A program made the translations under genes and the position numbers. This document shows, in pieces, positions 9,349-20,445 of a DNA stretch of 64,000 nucleotides. Positions within the stretch are counted from its first letter, which is position 1; each line of letters begins with the position of its first letter. The notes beneath the pieces were generated by a model. It saw only the letters and a list, made by a program, of their open reading frames with translations, ran no database searches and was not told the origin of the DNA. Origin of the DNA: an uncultured bacterium (GTDB lineage Bacteria; Hydrothermota; UBA3073; NMUJ01; CBEVQO01); the NCBI GenBank assembly GCA_965552055.1, contig CBEVQO010000007.1:32001-96000 (forward strand), written 5' to 3'.

Positions 9349-10458
9349 ATGTTTGAAGATAAACTTGAGAAGTATTGGTCGGTATTGGGCTGGGATACGA
9401 GTTTGCTTGAAAAACACTTCACCCCCAAGAAGCGTCCCCGTAAGAATTTAAATCTCGTTGAAGTAATCGATAAAATTAAAGATTATTTTATAGCAAATAA
9501 AGAAGTGCAAAATAAAGTTCGAGCAGAAATAGAAGAAGATGCATTTGAAAGCTTTGACACATTAACTGAACTCATTTCACTTGACAAAGGTTTATCTATA
9601 AGTGTTATAGGATTGTATAAACGCCTTTACGATAGCGAAGAAGAAAATTTAAGAGAAGCAGTAGGATATCTGGGTTCATGGAGGATAAGAAATCTGGTAA
9701 TAATAAGGTCACTGCTTAACGGAATAAAAGAAATAACCGAGGGATTGGAGAAAGAAATCATCGAAGAAAAAGAAGATATTGAATTGAAAAAATATGTAAG
9801 GATATTCTCGCTGACATCTTTTTTAATGGCTAATGCATCCAATATTATCGGTAAAGAGTTTATTGAATCTTCTGACATTGATTTTTTCACACTTGGTTTG
9901 TTGAATCGTCCCGATGAATTAATAATTGCATCTATCATTGATAATCACATATCAAGAGCAAGAACCTTTGCCAACCTCATAAGGGAGAAATATCATGTGA
10001 ACCCTGTTAACCCAGAGATTCGAATCTTCAGTAAAGATGGTGAAATCCTGGCTATATTACCACGCAAAGAGTTTATCTTTTCTGTCTTAACAAAATGGAA
10101 ATATAGTTTGATTTTCTCGGTTGCTATATCTTCTGATATGAATCTATCGGAAATAAACTCATTTTATTCCTTGTTTAACGATGACGAATGGACTTTTTTA
10201 GTAAAATGTTGTTGCATAATTGATTGGGCACGCCATATTTTGAGAAAAATACTGGCTAAAGATATATTTTCAATTGATGACAAAAAACTATGCATGAGAG
10301 AACTTTTACCCGTCAATGATTTAGATGAGATAATGAAAAAGCTATTTTTATCTCACAGACATCTTCGGGAAATCGAAAAGACGATAGAAAGCCTTCTACC
10401 ACTATGGATAAGAAAGCACAAAGAAATAACTGAAAATTTCTTATCGGAAAAAAGTTGA
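9349..10458 (+). CDS. Degenerate HDOD-like protein
   Basis: DKGLSISVI...LREAVGYLG..IRNL and FTLGLLNR resemble HDOD motifs; RBS GGAGG; promoter TTGACA-N16-TACAAT at 9305-9332. Confidence 0.45.
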   Translation: MFEDKLEKYWSVLGWDTSLLEKHFTPKKRPRKNLNLVEVIDKIKDYFIANKEVQNKVRAEIEEDAFESFDTLTELISLDKGLSISVIGLYKRLYDSEEENLREAVGYLGSWRIRNLVIIRSLLNGIKEITEGLEKEIIEEKEDIELKKYVRIFSLTSFLMANASNIIGKEFIESSDIDFFTLGLLNRPDELIIASIIDNHISRARTFANLIREKYHVNPVNPEIRIFSKDGEILAILPRKEFIFSVLTKWKYSLIFSVAISSDMNLSEINSFYSLFNDDEWTFLVKCCCIIDWARHILRKILAKDIFSIDDKKLCMRELLPVNDLDEIMKKLFLSHRHLREIEKTIESLLPLWIRKHKEITENFLSEKS

Positions 10459-10481
10459 CAACAGGATAAAAAGAATAAAAT
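10455..10481 (+). promoter_or_regulatory. Promoter TTGACA-N15-TAAAAT
   Basis: ATG at 10488 six nt after the -10. Confidence 0.65.
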
Positions 10482-10487
10482 AGTAAG

Positions 10488-11702
10488 ATGATATTTCTTA
10501 TTGTTTCAAGGATAATCCTTGGACGGATAGAGGGCATTATAGACCCTCCGACGACTGAATATTTTAACAGAGTTTGTGATTATGCTGAAAAAGTGAGAGC
10601 TGAATTAATTTTATTTACAATGGATACTCCTGGTGGACTTGATAAATCAATGAGGGAGATAGTAAAACGGGAGCTCGGCAGTAAAATCCCGATATGCATC
10701 TATGTGTATCCTGATGGTGCAAGATGTGCATCAGCCGGTGTATTTATACTTTTAGCGGCTCACTATGCTGCGATGTGCCCGGGCACAAATATGGGTTCAG
10801 CACATCCAGTAGCGATAGGAGGTAAAGTGCCAAAAGAAATGAAAGAAAAAATAGTAAATGATGCTGCCGCATACATAAAAGCCATCGCTGAAAAAAGAGG
10901 AAGAAATGAAGAGTGGGCAGAAAAAGCCGTTAGAAAAAGTGTAAATGTAACAGCACATAAGGCACTGGAATTAAACTTAATAGATTTCGTGGCAGATTCA
11001 GTTCAAGAATTGATAGAAAAAATTTCTCAAAAGATTGAAATAAGAGACAAAAATATAGAAGAAGTGAAATGGCTTTTCAAGGAGCGTTTTTTACATACAA
11101 TTACAAATCCCAATATTGCGTATCTTTTGCTGGTCCTCGGACTTTATGCTTTGATATTCGAGCTAATGCATCCTGGTGCAATATTTCCCGGTGTATTCGG
11201 TGCTGTATCGCTATTACTGGGGCTATATGGCTTGCATATTTTACCTGTAAATTACGCAGGCATAGGGCTTATAATACTTGGGATTGTTCTGTTCATACTC
11301 GAGGCATTAACACCAACTTTTGGACCGCTTACCATCGGTGGTATAACCTGTCTTATCTTTGGCTCTATGATGTTAATCCGTGTAAATGTGCCTTTTCTAA
11401 AAATTTCCCGCTCATTGATACTGACGGTGGCAATTTTGCTTGGTGGATTTTTCAGCTTCGCTCTCACGATGGCACTCCGTGCAATGCGTCGTCGCCCGGT
11501 AACAGGGAAAGAAGGACTTATAGGTCTTGTGGGAGAATGCAAACAACCTATAAAACCGGGTAAAGAGGGGGTCGTAATGGTGCAGGGAACTTTATGGCGC
11601 GCAATTGCAGATGAAAGCATAAAAAGAGGAGAAAGAGTAGAAGTAATAGAAACACTTCCCGGACTTATTTTGAAAGTAAAGAAAACAAAAAGAATAGCTT
11701 AA
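10488..11702 (+). CDS. nfeD: NfeD family membrane-bound serine protease
   Basis: MDTPGG, CASAG, GSAHPV, C-terminal OB-like GTLWRA; upstream of an SPFH gene. Confidence 0.9.
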   Translation: MIFLIVSRIILGRIEGIIDPPTTEYFNRVCDYAEKVRAELILFTMDTPGGLDKSMREIVKRELGSKIPICIYVYPDGARCASAGVFILLAAHYAAMCPGTNMGSAHPVAIGGKVPKEMKEKIVNDAAAYIKAIAEKRGRNEEWAEKAVRKSVNVTAHKALELNLIDFVADSVQELIEKISQKIEIRDKNIEEVKWLFKERFLHTITNPNIAYLLLVLGLYALIFELMHPGAIFPGVFGAVSLLLGLYGLHILPVNYAGIGLIILGIVLFILEALTPTFGPLTIGGITCLIFGSMMLIRVNVPFLKISRSLILTVAILLGGFFSFALTMALRAMRRRPVTGKEGLIGLVGECKQPIKPGKEGVVMVQGTLWRAIADESIKRGERVEVIETLPGLILKVKKTKRIA

Positions 11703-11713
11703 AAGGAGGGGAT

Positions 11714-12463
11714 ATGTCAGGTGCAGTTATAACCCTTATAATAATATTTGGGATCATTTTATTGGCAAATGCTATAAGGATTTTCCCGGAATACGAAAGA
11801 GGGGTGCTGTTTCGCCTGGGAAGATTCGTTGGGGTAAGGGGACCCGGCATTGTGCTCATAATACCTATAATCGACAGAATACAGAGAGTGAGTTTAAGGA
11901 TAGTGACGATGGATGTACCTCCACAGGAAGTTATCACAAAAGATAATGTTTCAATTTCTGTAAATGCAGTTGTTTACTTCAAAGTGGTTGACCCTGCTAA
12001 AGCTGTCCTCGAGGTACAGGATTATCTTTACGCTACATCACAAATTGCTCAAACTACTTTGCGAAGTGTTCTAGGTGCAGTTGAACTCGATGATGTGCTT
12101 GCGAGAAGAGAGAAATTGAATGAAGAATTAAGAAGGATAATCGATGAAGCAACAGACCCCTGGGGGATAAAAGTTACTGCTGTTGAGATAAAAGCAGTGG
12201 ACCTACCTGAAACGATGAAGCGTGCAATGGCAAGGCAGGCAGAAGCAGAAAGAGAAAAGAGAGCAAAAATCATAAGCTCTGAAGGTGAATATATGGCGGC
12301 AAGGAAATTCTACGAAGCTGCAGAAACCCTATCAAAACAGCCAATAGCTGTGCAATTGAGATTCCTGCATACTTTAACCGAAATAGCTTCGGAAAAGAAT
12401 TCAACAATCATATTCCCCGTACCAATCGAATTATTCAGAGCATTTATAAAAGAAAAGTCATGA
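11714..12463 (+). CDS. SPFH/stomatin (slipin) family protein
   Basis: [31 protein letters not shown]. Confidence 0.9.
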   Translation: MSGAVITLIIIFGIILLANAIRIFPEYERGVLFRLGRFVGVRGPGIVLIIPIIDRIQRVSLRIVTMDVPPQEVITKDNVSISVNAVVYFKVVDPAKAVLEVQDYLYATSQIAQTTLRSVLGAVELDDVLARREKLNEELRRIIDEATDPWGIKVTAVEIKAVDLPETMKRAMARQAEAEREKRAKIISSEGEYMAARKFYEAAETLSKQPIAVQLRFLHTLTEIASEKNSTIIFPVPIELFRAFIKEKS

Positions 12464-12582
12464 AAAAATTGGTGATAATAGTTTTGATTTCTTTGTTTAT
12501 AGCGGGTTTACTTTTTAAAGATTTTAAAATGATTTTCATCTATGGCTCTAAAATTTGCCTGTCTTGTCTTGGCTTAGGATAA
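12460..12582 (+). CDS. Small CXXC membrane protein (CD1871A-like), 40 aa, absent from the ORF track
   Basis: [40 protein letters not shown]; start overlaps the previous stop (ATGA); precedes a 4Fe-4S membrane protein. Confidence 0.75.
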   Translation: MKKLVIIVLISLFIAGLLFKDFKMIFIYGSKICLSCLGLG

Positions 12583-13340
12583 AAAGGATTTACTGGCAGT
12601 TAATTTCCTTAATTTTATTGAATTCGAACTTTTATCGTCCATTTTACAGTCCGCTGAAGTACTTCCCGTGTCCCATCTTAAACTGCCATGCATGCCCCTA
12701 TGCCCAAACAACATGCGCAATAGGAGCACTGCAGTTTTTTATCATGATGAAAAGAATCCCATATCTTATCCTTTCTGTGTTTTTATTTTCTTCCTTTTTC
12801 TTTGGCAGATTATTCTGTGGATGGATTTGCCCGCTCGGTCTAATCCAGGATTTATTTTCAAAACTGAGGAAAAAACATTTTCATATTCCGCATTTTCTTC
12901 GGTACCTCAAATTTTTTGTTCTTTTTATGATTATTATAATCCCACTTTTTTACTACATCACTCCTTTTTGTAAATTCATTTGTCCTATGGGAGTAATTGG
13001 AGGGAGTTTTGCTTTTCTCTTCGATAAGAGTTTATTACAATTACCCTTAAATTTATTTAAATTCAAAGTATTTCTCACTTTAATTTTTCTGTTAAGTTTT
13101 ATATTCTGGCGCCGTCCTTTCTGTGCAGTTTTTTGCCCTGCAGGTGCTTTACTTTCCTTCCTTCATAAATTTTCAATTAAGAAGATAACTTTTGATGAGG
13201 ATAAATGCACAAAGTGTGGTGAATGTGTTACAAAATGTCCTGCTGGTTTAATTCCTTACAAAGATTATAATAGTTTCGATTGCATCAGATGTTATGAATG
13301 TGTAAAGATTTGCAAATTTAATGCCTTTAAAATTTTGTGA
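12555..13340 (+). CDS. Membrane 4Fe-4S binding protein (NapH/polyferredoxin-like)
   Basis: CGWICP, CKFICP, CAVFCP and two CxxCxxCxxxC motifs. Confidence 0.85.
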   Translation: MPVLSWLRIKRIYWQLISLILLNSNFYRPFYSPLKYFPCPILNCHACPYAQTTCAIGALQFFIMMKRIPYLILSVFLFSSFFFGRLFCGWICPLGLIQDLFSKLRKKHFHIPHFLRYLKFFVLFMIIIIPLFYYITPFCKFICPMGVIGGSFAFLFDKSLLQLPLNLFKFKVFLTLIFLLSFIFWRRPFCAVFCPAGALLSFLHKFSIKKITFDEDKCTKCGECVTKCPAGLIPYKDYNSFDCIRCYECVKICKFNAFKIL

Positions 13341-13384
13341 AAATAATCTTGACAAAATGGAAAATCAATTATTAATAATTGAGG

Positions 13385-13456
13385 ACGCCGCTAGCTCAAC
13401 GGTAGAGCACCGGATTCTTAATCCGGGGGTTCTGGGTTCGAATCCCAGGCGGCGTA
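13385..13456 (+). tRNA. tRNA-Lys(CTT), CCA not encoded
   Basis: Acceptor ACGCCGC/GCGGCGT, D stem GCTC/GAGC, anticodon arm CCGGA-TTCTTAA-TCCGG, T arm CTGGG-TTCGAAT-CCCAG. Confidence 0.93.
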
Positions 13457-13463
13457 TTTTATT

Positions 13464-14489
13464 ATGATTTCAAAATTGATAACTGCTTTTTTATCTTCAT
13501 TCCTCATCGTATTGATACTTACACCCATTTTTAAAAAATTAGCACTAAAATTAAATGTGGTGGATTATCCAAATGAAAGAAAAATACATAAGAAACCTGT
13601 TCCCCTCTTTGGAGGGATACCTGTTTTCATCTCCATTACTTTGTTAACATTTATCTTTGTAAAACCATCCAGAGAATTAATGGGGATTCTCATCGGTAGT
13701 GTTATTGCATTTATTGATGGTTTGCTTGACGATGTTATGGAGCTTCGTGCATCTTTCCGCATATTTCCGCAAATACTGGCAGCTACTATCTGTATATTTT
13801 TCGGTGTAAGAATGACATTTTTGCCACACAACATATGGGGGACAGCTTTGGAATTCATACTTTCTTATCTCTGGCTAATTGGATTAACCAATGCAATGAA
13901 TTTCTTCGATGGTATGGATGGTCTTGCTTCGAGTTTATCCGCTGTTATATGCTTTTTCCTTGCTGTAATCGGTTTTTTAACAAATCAATTTACACTCGTA
14001 ATAGTATCAGTGATTGTGATGGGTGCTACTCTTTCTTTTCTTATTTACAATCATCATCCTGCTAAAATTTTCCTTGGAGACGCTGGAAGTGAATTTCTCG
14101 GCTTTTTCATCTCTGCTCTCGCTATGAATGCTGAATGGGCTGAAAAGGGACCTCTTTTTGCACTCGCAATTCCTGTGTTAATTTTCGGAGTAATGATTTT
14201 TGACATGATTTACATATCGATAAAAAGGTTCGTTAAAAAAGAAGTAAGAACTATAAGAGAATGGCTCGAATATACAGGTAAAGACCATTTGCATCACAGA
14301 TTATTTAATCTCGGTTTTTCTCAGCCCCAAACGGTATTTTTTATAGTGGCTGTCACCATCTGCCTTGGTGTATCGGGCATCATCTTAAGGCTTACTTTCT
14401 CGAAAACAAATGCCATCTTACTTGTATTACAGGCATGTATAATCTTATCTTGCCTCTCTGTTTTGATGATAAAGAAACAGAATGTATGA
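13464..14489 (+). CDS. WecA/TagO-like undecaprenyl-phosphate sugar-1-phosphate transferase (MraY family)
   Basis: RKIH..PVP..GG, GLLDD, NAMNFFDGMDGL, IFLGDAGS, HLHHRL. Confidence 0.9.
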   Translation: MISKLITAFLSSFLIVLILTPIFKKLALKLNVVDYPNERKIHKKPVPLFGGIPVFISITLLTFIFVKPSRELMGILIGSVIAFIDGLLDDVMELRASFRIFPQILAATICIFFGVRMTFLPHNIWGTALEFILSYLWLIGLTNAMNFFDGMDGLASSLSAVICFFLAVIGFLTNQFTLVIVSVIVMGATLSFLIYNHHPAKIFLGDAGSEFLGFFISALAMNAEWAEKGPLFALAIPVLIFGVMIFDMIYISIKRFVKKEVRTIREWLEYTGKDHLHHRLFNLGFSQPQTVFFIVAVTICLGVSGIILRLTFSKTNAILLVLQACIILSCLSVLMIKKQNV

Positions 14490-15273
14490 AAAATACTGGG
14501 GATTTAAAGAAAAGCCATTCGAAAATGTATGTAACCTTAAATATTTCTTCAAAAGTGAGTCACATATCGAAGCAATATCAAGGATGACATATACGGTAAA
14601 AGAAAGAAAAGGAGCAATGGTGTTGACAGGAGATTACGGAACAGGCAAAACACTTACCTTAAGATGGTTTATCGAAAATACAGAAGAAATAAAGTTTTTA
14701 TTCATCGATTATCCCGAAGGAAATCCAGAGAACTTTATGAAACAAATTCTTATTTCTGCAGGCGAAGAGATAGAAGAAAAAGACAGATTCTTACTGTCAC
14801 AAAAAATAAAGGAATTAATTTTGAAAAATACAGAAGAGGGCATAAATACGGTCATGATAATAGATGAAGCACAAACTCTGGAAGACCCTCTATTTGAAGT
14901 GATAAAAATTTTGCTAAATCTCAGGGAAACATTTTCTGCTGATTTTTCTGTAATTTTAAGCGGAAGTGAAAAGTTGATTCATAAGATAAAACAAAACGAA
15001 CAACTATTACAAAGGATACCCGTTTATTTCCATTTAACTGCACTATCCTATGAGGAAACAGTGAGATACATAGATTACAGACTGGAAGTAGCAGGTGGCG
15101 ATACCGACATTTTTGATGAGACAGCCAAAAAGAAAATATATGAATTGTCAAAAGGAATACCCCGCAAAATAAACAACCTGTGCGATACCGCATTACTCAT
15201 TGGCTTCGGTAAAAAGGAGAAAAAAATAAATGACAAAATAATAGAACTGGCTGAAAGAGAAATTTTGCCTTGA
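14482..15273 (+). CDS. ExeA-family ATPase
   Basis: MYEKYWGFKEKPF start, GDYGTGKT, IIDEAQ, SKGIPRKINNLCD. Confidence 0.85.
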   Translation: MYEKYWGFKEKPFENVCNLKYFFKSESHIEAISRMTYTVKERKGAMVLTGDYGTGKTLTLRWFIENTEEIKFLFIDYPEGNPENFMKQILISAGEEIEEKDRFLLSQKIKELILKNTEEGINTVMIIDEAQTLEDPLFEVIKILLNLRETFSADFSVILSGSEKLIHKIKQNEQLLQRIPVYFHLTALSYEETVRYIDYRLEVAGGDTDIFDETAKKKIYELSKGIPRKINNLCDTALLIGFGKKEKKINDKIIELAEREILP

Positions 15274-16001
15274 ACGAAAAAATAAAAATAAGCGAAATTT
15301 TAAAACTATCTGAAGAAAAAATAGAAAAAAGAGAAAAATATTCACCCGAAAGGGTAATCCTTAATTTAAAAGAAAATATAGAAAATACGGATTTCGGTGA
15401 TATAATATCGAAAATGAAAGAAGATGACCAGCCATTGTTATTCCATGCATTGAAAAAAAGCAAAGAAGGGAAAGCAGAAAAACTTATCACACAAATTCTC
15501 ATAGCAATAGCAACAGGAATTGAAATGGGATTGGAAGAAGAAGCAATTAAACTGCTTGCAAAAAGTATAGTGCATCTCAAAATGGGAATCAATACAGAAG
15601 ATAAAGAAATAAACTTCATTATAAACGAAGTAAAAGATAAAAAAACAAACTTTAAAAAAAGCAAAATTTCCCAGATAATAATTTTATCTGAAAAATTCTG
15701 TAATATGCTTTCGCATAAAGGAACATCTCTGTTTAATGTAGTAAATACCATTATGGATTTGAGTGCAAAAGAGTTACCTTTTGAAGTTGTAAAGAGTTTT
15801 GTAAAAAGAATAGGAGTGTATCCTTTGACATCAAAAGTCGTTCTTTCAACAGGTCAGGTTGCCGAAGTAATCAGGCAAAACCCTGATTCGCCCCTAAACC
15901 CGGTTGTTGAAATACAACAGGAAGCAGACGGAAGATTGTTGAAAAAGAAATATCAAATTGACCTGAGCGAATCAAATATTGAAATTAAAGAAATTTTATG
16001 A
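15270..16001 (+). CDS. Degenerate HD-GYP-related protein
   Basis: C-terminal GVYPLTSKVVLSTGQVAEV...PLNPVV resembles the tail of HD-GYP proteins; no HD or GYP motif. Confidence 0.45.
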   Translation: MNEKIKISEILKLSEEKIEKREKYSPERVILNLKENIENTDFGDIISKMKEDDQPLLFHALKKSKEGKAEKLITQILIAIATGIEMGLEEEAIKLLAKSIVHLKMGINTEDKEINFIINEVKDKKTNFKKSKISQIIILSEKFCNMLSHKGTSLFNVVNTIMDLSAKELPFEVVKSFVKRIGVYPLTSKVVLSTGQVAEVIRQNPDSPLNPVVEIQQEADGRLLKKKYQIDLSESNIEIKEIL

Positions 16002-16588
16002 AAGTCTACAAAATCTGCGATGTAAAGATAGCAATAGATACAAATAAAGAAATAGATTTTTTAAAAGGCTTTGAAGATGTTAGTCCTTTTGACTTAAAAG
16101 TTGATTTTATTGCGGATAAAGTTTTGCTTGAAAACAGAATAAGAGAAGTTTTATCGAATTATCTTCCCCATCATAATGGTTTTCTTCTGCATTCTGCTGG
16201 CTTACTGATAGATGATATGGCATTTTTGCTGTGCGGTGGAACAGGTTCCGGAAAAACGCATTTCGTCAGATTATATGAAGAGTTATCCATGGGAGATGAG
16301 ATAATGGGCGTGAGGAAAATCGGTGATAAATTCTGGGCTTACAGCACTCCTTTTGGAGGAGAATTCCCTGCAAAAAACAACATAAAAGCAGAAATAGAAA
16401 AAGTAATCATTTTGCAAAAGAACAAAAGACCAGAAAAACTGAAAAAAGATAAAGCTTTATGGGAAATCTTAAAAAATGTTATAATCTTTAAAAACGATAA
16501 AATTACATCGCAAAAATTACTTGACATTCTGAAAGAATTTATAGAAGTAGTAGATGTCTATGAAGGAACACCTTTCGTTATCCCCTGA
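15998..16588 (+). CDS. HPr-kinase-like P-loop protein
   Basis: LLHSAG, GGTGSGKT, GDE, STPFGGE. Confidence 0.6.
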   Translation: MKVYKICDVKIAIDTNKEIDFLKGFEDVSPFDLKVDFIADKVLLENRIREVLSNYLPHHNGFLLHSAGLLIDDMAFLLCGGTGSGKTHFVRLYEELSMGDEIMGVRKIGDKFWAYSTPFGGEFPAKNNIKAEIEKVIILQKNKRPEKLKKDKALWEILKNVIIFKNDKITSQKLLDILKEFIEVVDVYEGTPFVIP

Positions 16589-16853
16589 TACCGTTATAAA
16601 GCGCTCGGAGAATATCGCATGGCAAAAATTTGAAGATAAAGTTTTTATAATCACTCCTGATGATTCAATGTTACACATGCTAAATGAAACAGGAACAAGA
16701 ATTTGGGAAATTATTGAGAAACCAAAGAAAATTTCGGAAATAGTAGAAGAGATTTTAAAGGAATATGATGTGACAAAAGAAAAAGCAGAACAATCGGTAA
16801 AGAGATTTATTTCTGAATTGATAAAGAAAGGAATTTGTGAAATTTCAGCTTGA
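16554..16853 (+). CDS. PqqD family (RiPP recognition element) protein
   Basis: LNETGTRIWE..I.EIV..I..EYDV...F..EL.K.G pattern. Confidence 0.8.
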   Translation: MSMKEHLSLSPDTVIKRSENIAWQKFEDKVFIITPDDSMLHMLNETGTRIWEIIEKPKKISEIVEEILKEYDVTKEKAEQSVKRFISELIKKGICEISA

Positions 16854-16866
16854 CTTTTCGTAAAAA

Positions 16867-17388
16867 TTGAATAATTATAAAGAAGTTATGAGGGTATTAA
16901 CTTTAAAGGAAGAGTTAGAAATTTATAAAAGGGAAGCCAAAGAAAATTGGGATAAATATTTGCGTGCACTCGCAGAGCTTGATAATTTTAAAAAGACAAT
17001 GAAAAAAGAGATGGAAGAGGCAATCGAAAGGGCGAACGAGAAATTTATAAAAAATATTTTACCGGCACTCGATAATTTCGAAGCAGGAATAAAAATGCTT
17101 GAAAAAATGAAATCAAAAGACGATGAATTCCTTAAAGGTGTTAAAATAATATATAAACAACTCCTTGATGCATTGGAAAAAGAGGGTCTCGTGCAATATT
17201 CTGCACTCGGTCAAAAATTTGACCCAAAACTCCATGAAGCAATATCTGTGAAAGAAACAGATGACTGCGAAGATGATACAATTATAGAAGAGATAGCAAA
17301 AGGATATCTTTTTAAAGGTAAAGTTATAAGACCTGCAAAAGTCGTCGTAGCAAAACAAAAAGTTAAAGGGGAGGTAAAAAATGGCTAA
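16867..17388 (+). CDS. grpE: Nucleotide exchange factor GrpE (likely start 16888)
   Basis: [19 protein letters not shown]...VIRPAKV; upstream of dnaK. Confidence 0.92.
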   Translation: MNNYKEVMRVLTLKEELEIYKREAKENWDKYLRALAELDNFKKTMKKEMEEAIERANEKFIKNILPALDNFEAGIKMLEKMKSKDDEFLKGVKIIYKQLLDALEKEGLVQYSALGQKFDPKLHEAISVKETDDCEDDTIIEEIAKGYLFKGKVIRPAKVVVAKQKVKGEVKNG

Positions 17389-19309
17389 AAAAGAAAAAAT
17401 TATAGGAATAGACCTTGGGACCACAAATTCTTGTGTTGCAATAGTTGAAGGTGGTGAGCCAAAAGTTATAGTCAATCCAGAAGGCGGAAGAATTACTCCA
17501 TCTGTCGTTACCTTTAAGGATGGTGAAATAATTGTTGGAATACAGGCAAAGAGACAACAAATACTTAACCCCGAAAATACAATTTATTCAATTAAAAGAT
17601 TTATGGGAAGAAGATACGATGAAGTTACAGAAGAAATAAAAAGAGTTCCTTATAAAGTAGTAAGAGGTCCCCATGACGACGCAAGAGTAGAAGTACAGGG
17701 CAAAGTTTATTCTCCGCCCGAAATTTCTGCAATGATTTTGAGATATTTGAAAAAGGCAGCGAGTGAGTATCTTGGGGAAGAAGTCAGGAAAGCGGTAATA
17801 ACCGTTCCTGCTTACTTTAACGATGCACAACGCCAGGCAACCAAAGATGCAGGAAGGATAGCAGGACTCGAAGTCGTAAGGATATTCAACGAGCCCACAG
17901 CAGCAGCATTAGCGTATGGACTTGATAAACAGGGGAAAACACAAAAAATCGCAGTTTATGACCTCGGAGGAGGCACCTTTGATATTTCAATTCTCGAAAT
18001 AGGTGAAGGTGTATATGAAGTGCTTGCAACAAATGGAGATACACATCTTGGAGGTGACGATTTTGACCAGAGAATAGTCGAATGGATTCTCGAAGAATTC
18101 AAAAAGCAACACGGGATTGATTTGAGGAATGATCGTCAGGCGATGCAAAGAATAAGGGAAGCAGCAGAAAGAGCAAAATGTGAGTTATCAACAAGATTGG
18201 AAACAACAATCAGTTTGCCTTTCATCTATGCAGATTCTTCGGGTCCAAAGCATATAGAATTGACATTAACGAGAGCAAAACTCGAAAGCATGGTTGAAGA
18301 TTTGATAGAAAGAACAAGGGGACCCTGTGAGCAGGCTCTTAAAGATGCGAAACTGCGTCCAGAAGATATAGATGCCGTTGTGCTTGTGGGTGGTATGACG
18401 CGTATGCCAAAGGTTCAGGAATTCGTAAAGGAATTCTTCGGTAAAGAGCCCTATAAAGGCATCAACCCTGATGAAGTGGTAGCAATAGGTGCAGCAATTC
18501 AGGCATCCATCCTTGCTGGCGAAATGAAAGAAGTGGTATTGCTCGATGTAACCCCTCTAACACTTGGAATAGAAGTACTCGGTGGAATAATGGAACCCAT
18601 AATTCCGAGAAATACAACTATACCTACAAGGAAATCAAAAATCTTTACCACTGCGGAAGATAATCAAACAGCAGTTACAATTAAAGTTTATCAGGGTGAG
18701 CGTAAAATGGCAGCGGATAATCGCCTTCTTGCACAATTTGACCTCGTTGGTATACCTCCTGCTCCCCGTGGTGTACCCCAAATTGAAGTAACATTTGATA
18801 TAGACGCAGATGGAATTTTGCATGTATCTGCAAAGGATTTAGGAACAGGTAAAGAGCAGAGTATAGTCATCAAATCAAGTAGTGGATTGACCGAAGAGGA
18901 AATCCAGAGAATGGTAGAAGAGGCAAAGAAATACGAGGAAGAAGATAGAAAGAAGAAAGAACTTGCAGAGACAAAGAACAAAGCAGATATGCTGATATAC
19001 ACAGTTGAAAAAAGTTTAAAAGAGGCAGGTGATAAAATACCTGAAACAGAGAAGAAAGAGATTCAAGCAGCTATTGAAGAATTAAAGAAAGCAATGCAGG
19101 GAAATAGCAAGGAAGAAATAGAAAGAAAGATGGACGAATTACAGAGAAAGTCCCATAGGATAGCAGAAGTGCTCTACAGAAAAGCAGCAGGAACAGGTGG
19201 AACTGCTACAGGAGGTGGTACACAAACAGAAGGAAAGAAAGAAGAGAAAAAAGAAGAAAAAGTGGATTATGAAATCATAGAGGAAGAAGATAAAGATAAA
19301 GGTAACTGA
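17381..19309 (+). CDS. dnaK: Chaperone DnaK
   Basis: [36 protein letters not shown]. Confidence 0.98.
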   Translation: MAKKEKIIGIDLGTTNSCVAIVEGGEPKVIVNPEGGRITPSVVTFKDGEIIVGIQAKRQQILNPENTIYSIKRFMGRRYDEVTEEIKRVPYKVVRGPHDDARVEVQGKVYSPPEISAMILRYLKKAASEYLGEEVRKAVITVPAYFNDAQRQATKDAGRIAGLEVVRIFNEPTAAALAYGLDKQGKTQKIAVYDLGGGTFDISILEIGEGVYEVLATNGDTHLGGDDFDQRIVEWILEEFKKQHGIDLRNDRQAMQRIREAAERAKCELSTRLETTISLPFIYADSSGPKHIELTLTRAKLESMVEDLIERTRGPCEQALKDAKLRPEDIDAVVLVGGMTRMPKVQEFVKEFFGKEPYKGINPDEVVAIGAAIQASILAGEMKEVVLLDVTPLTLGIEVLGGIMEPIIPRNTTIPTRKSKIFTTAEDNQTAVTIKVYQGERKMAADNRLLAQFDLVGIPPAPRGVPQIEVTFDIDADGILHVSAKDLGTGKEQSIVIKSSSGLTEEEIQRMVEEAKKYEEEDRKKKELAETKNKADMLIYTVEKSLKEAGDKIPETEKKEIQAAIEELKKAMQGNSKEEIERKMDELQRKSHRIAEVLYRKAAGTGGTATGGGTQTEGKKEEKKEEKVDYEIIEEEDKDKGN

Positions 19310-20445
19310 TGCCTGCAACAAAAAAAGATTATTACGAAATACTTGGAGTAAGTAGAGACGCATCCCCCGAAGAAATAAAAAGAGCATATAGAAGACTTGC
19401 AATGAAATGGCATCCCGATAAGAATCCGCATAATCGCAAAGAAGCAGAAGAAAAATTTAAAGAAATATCGGAAGCTTACGAAGTTTTGATGGACCCTGAG
19501 AAACGCAGATTATACGATATGTATGGGCATGCAGGCGTGGAACAGCAATTTGGACCACAGGGCTTTACATGGGAACATTTCACCCATTTTGATGACCTTG
19601 AGGATATATTTGGAAATCTTTACGATAGTTTTAGCGAAAGCTTAAGAGATTTCTTTGGTGCAGATATTTTTGATAGATTTTTCAGAAAAAGAGAATCACC
19701 CTATGTAAAAAGAAGAGGCGAAGATATAAGAGTGAGATTACATTTAAAACTTGAAGATATAGCAAAAGGCGTTAGCAAGAAGATACAGATAGAGCGTTAT
19801 GAGCGCTGTAAAGCATGTGGTGGAACGGGTGCAACAGGTTACAGGACATGTCCCGAATGCGGAGGAACCGGCAGGATAAGGCGTCAGACGCGGTCTGTTT
19901 TTGGCTTTTTATACATGGATACAACATGCCCGAGATGCAAAGGAACAGGAAGGATACCCGAAAGGAACTGTGCACAATGCGGAGGAACAGGTAGGGTAAA
20001 AGTAAAAAGACAGATTAATTTGAGGATACCACCTGGTGTAGAAGATGGTGCAGTTTTCACATTGCATGGCGAAGGTAACGCAGGGTTAAATGGGGGTCCC
20101 CCGGGTGATCTCATTATCATAATAAAAGAAGAACCACATCCAGTTTTCAAGAGAGAAGGTTTAAATTTAAGAGCAAAGGTATATATTCCTTTCACAAAGG
20201 CAGTTCTGGGAGGCGAAGTTGAAGTGCCAACACTTGATGGCAAAGCAAGGATAAAGATTGCCCCAGGTACACAATCGGGTACTGTCATAAAATTAAAGGG
20301 AAAAGGATTATCAGCAGACGGAATGAGAGGAGACGAATATGTAGAACTCGTGGTATGGGTGCCGAAAGATTTACCACCTGAAGCAAAAGAACTACTCAAA
20401 AAATTAGAGGCTTTAATAGGTAAACCTCCAGAGTATAAAAAATAA
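19309..20445 (+). CDS. dnaJ: Chaperone DnaJ
   Basis: J domain with HPD; four CxxCxGxG repeats. Confidence 0.97.
   Translation: MPATKKDYYEILGVSRDASPEEIKRAYRRLAMKWHPDKNPHNRKEAEEKFKEISEAYEVLMDPEKRRLYDMYGHAGVEQQFGPQGFTWEHFTHFDDLEDIFGNLYDSFSESLRDFFGADIFDRFFRKRESPYVKRRGEDIRVRLHLKLEDIAKGVSKKIQIERYERCKACGGTGATGYRTCPECGGTGRIRRQTRSVFGFLYMDTTCPRCKGTGRIPERNCAQCGGTGRVKVKRQINLRIPPGVEDGAVFTLHGEGNAGLNGGPPGDLIIIIKEEPHPVFKREGLNLRAKVYIPFTKAVLGGEVEVPTLDGKARIKIAPGTQSGTVIKLKGKGLSADGMRGDEYVELVVWVPKDLPPEAKELLKKLEALIGKPPEYKK

Noticed and set aside
13385..16853. Integrative island at tRNA-Lys
   Set aside because: No integrase and no duplicated tRNA 3' end found.
16840..16890. CIRCE operator or N15 promoter upstream of grpE
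   Set aside because: No TTAGCACTC-N9-GAGTGCTAA. TTGACT at 16850 has no TANNNT in the 15-17 register, so it was not counted.
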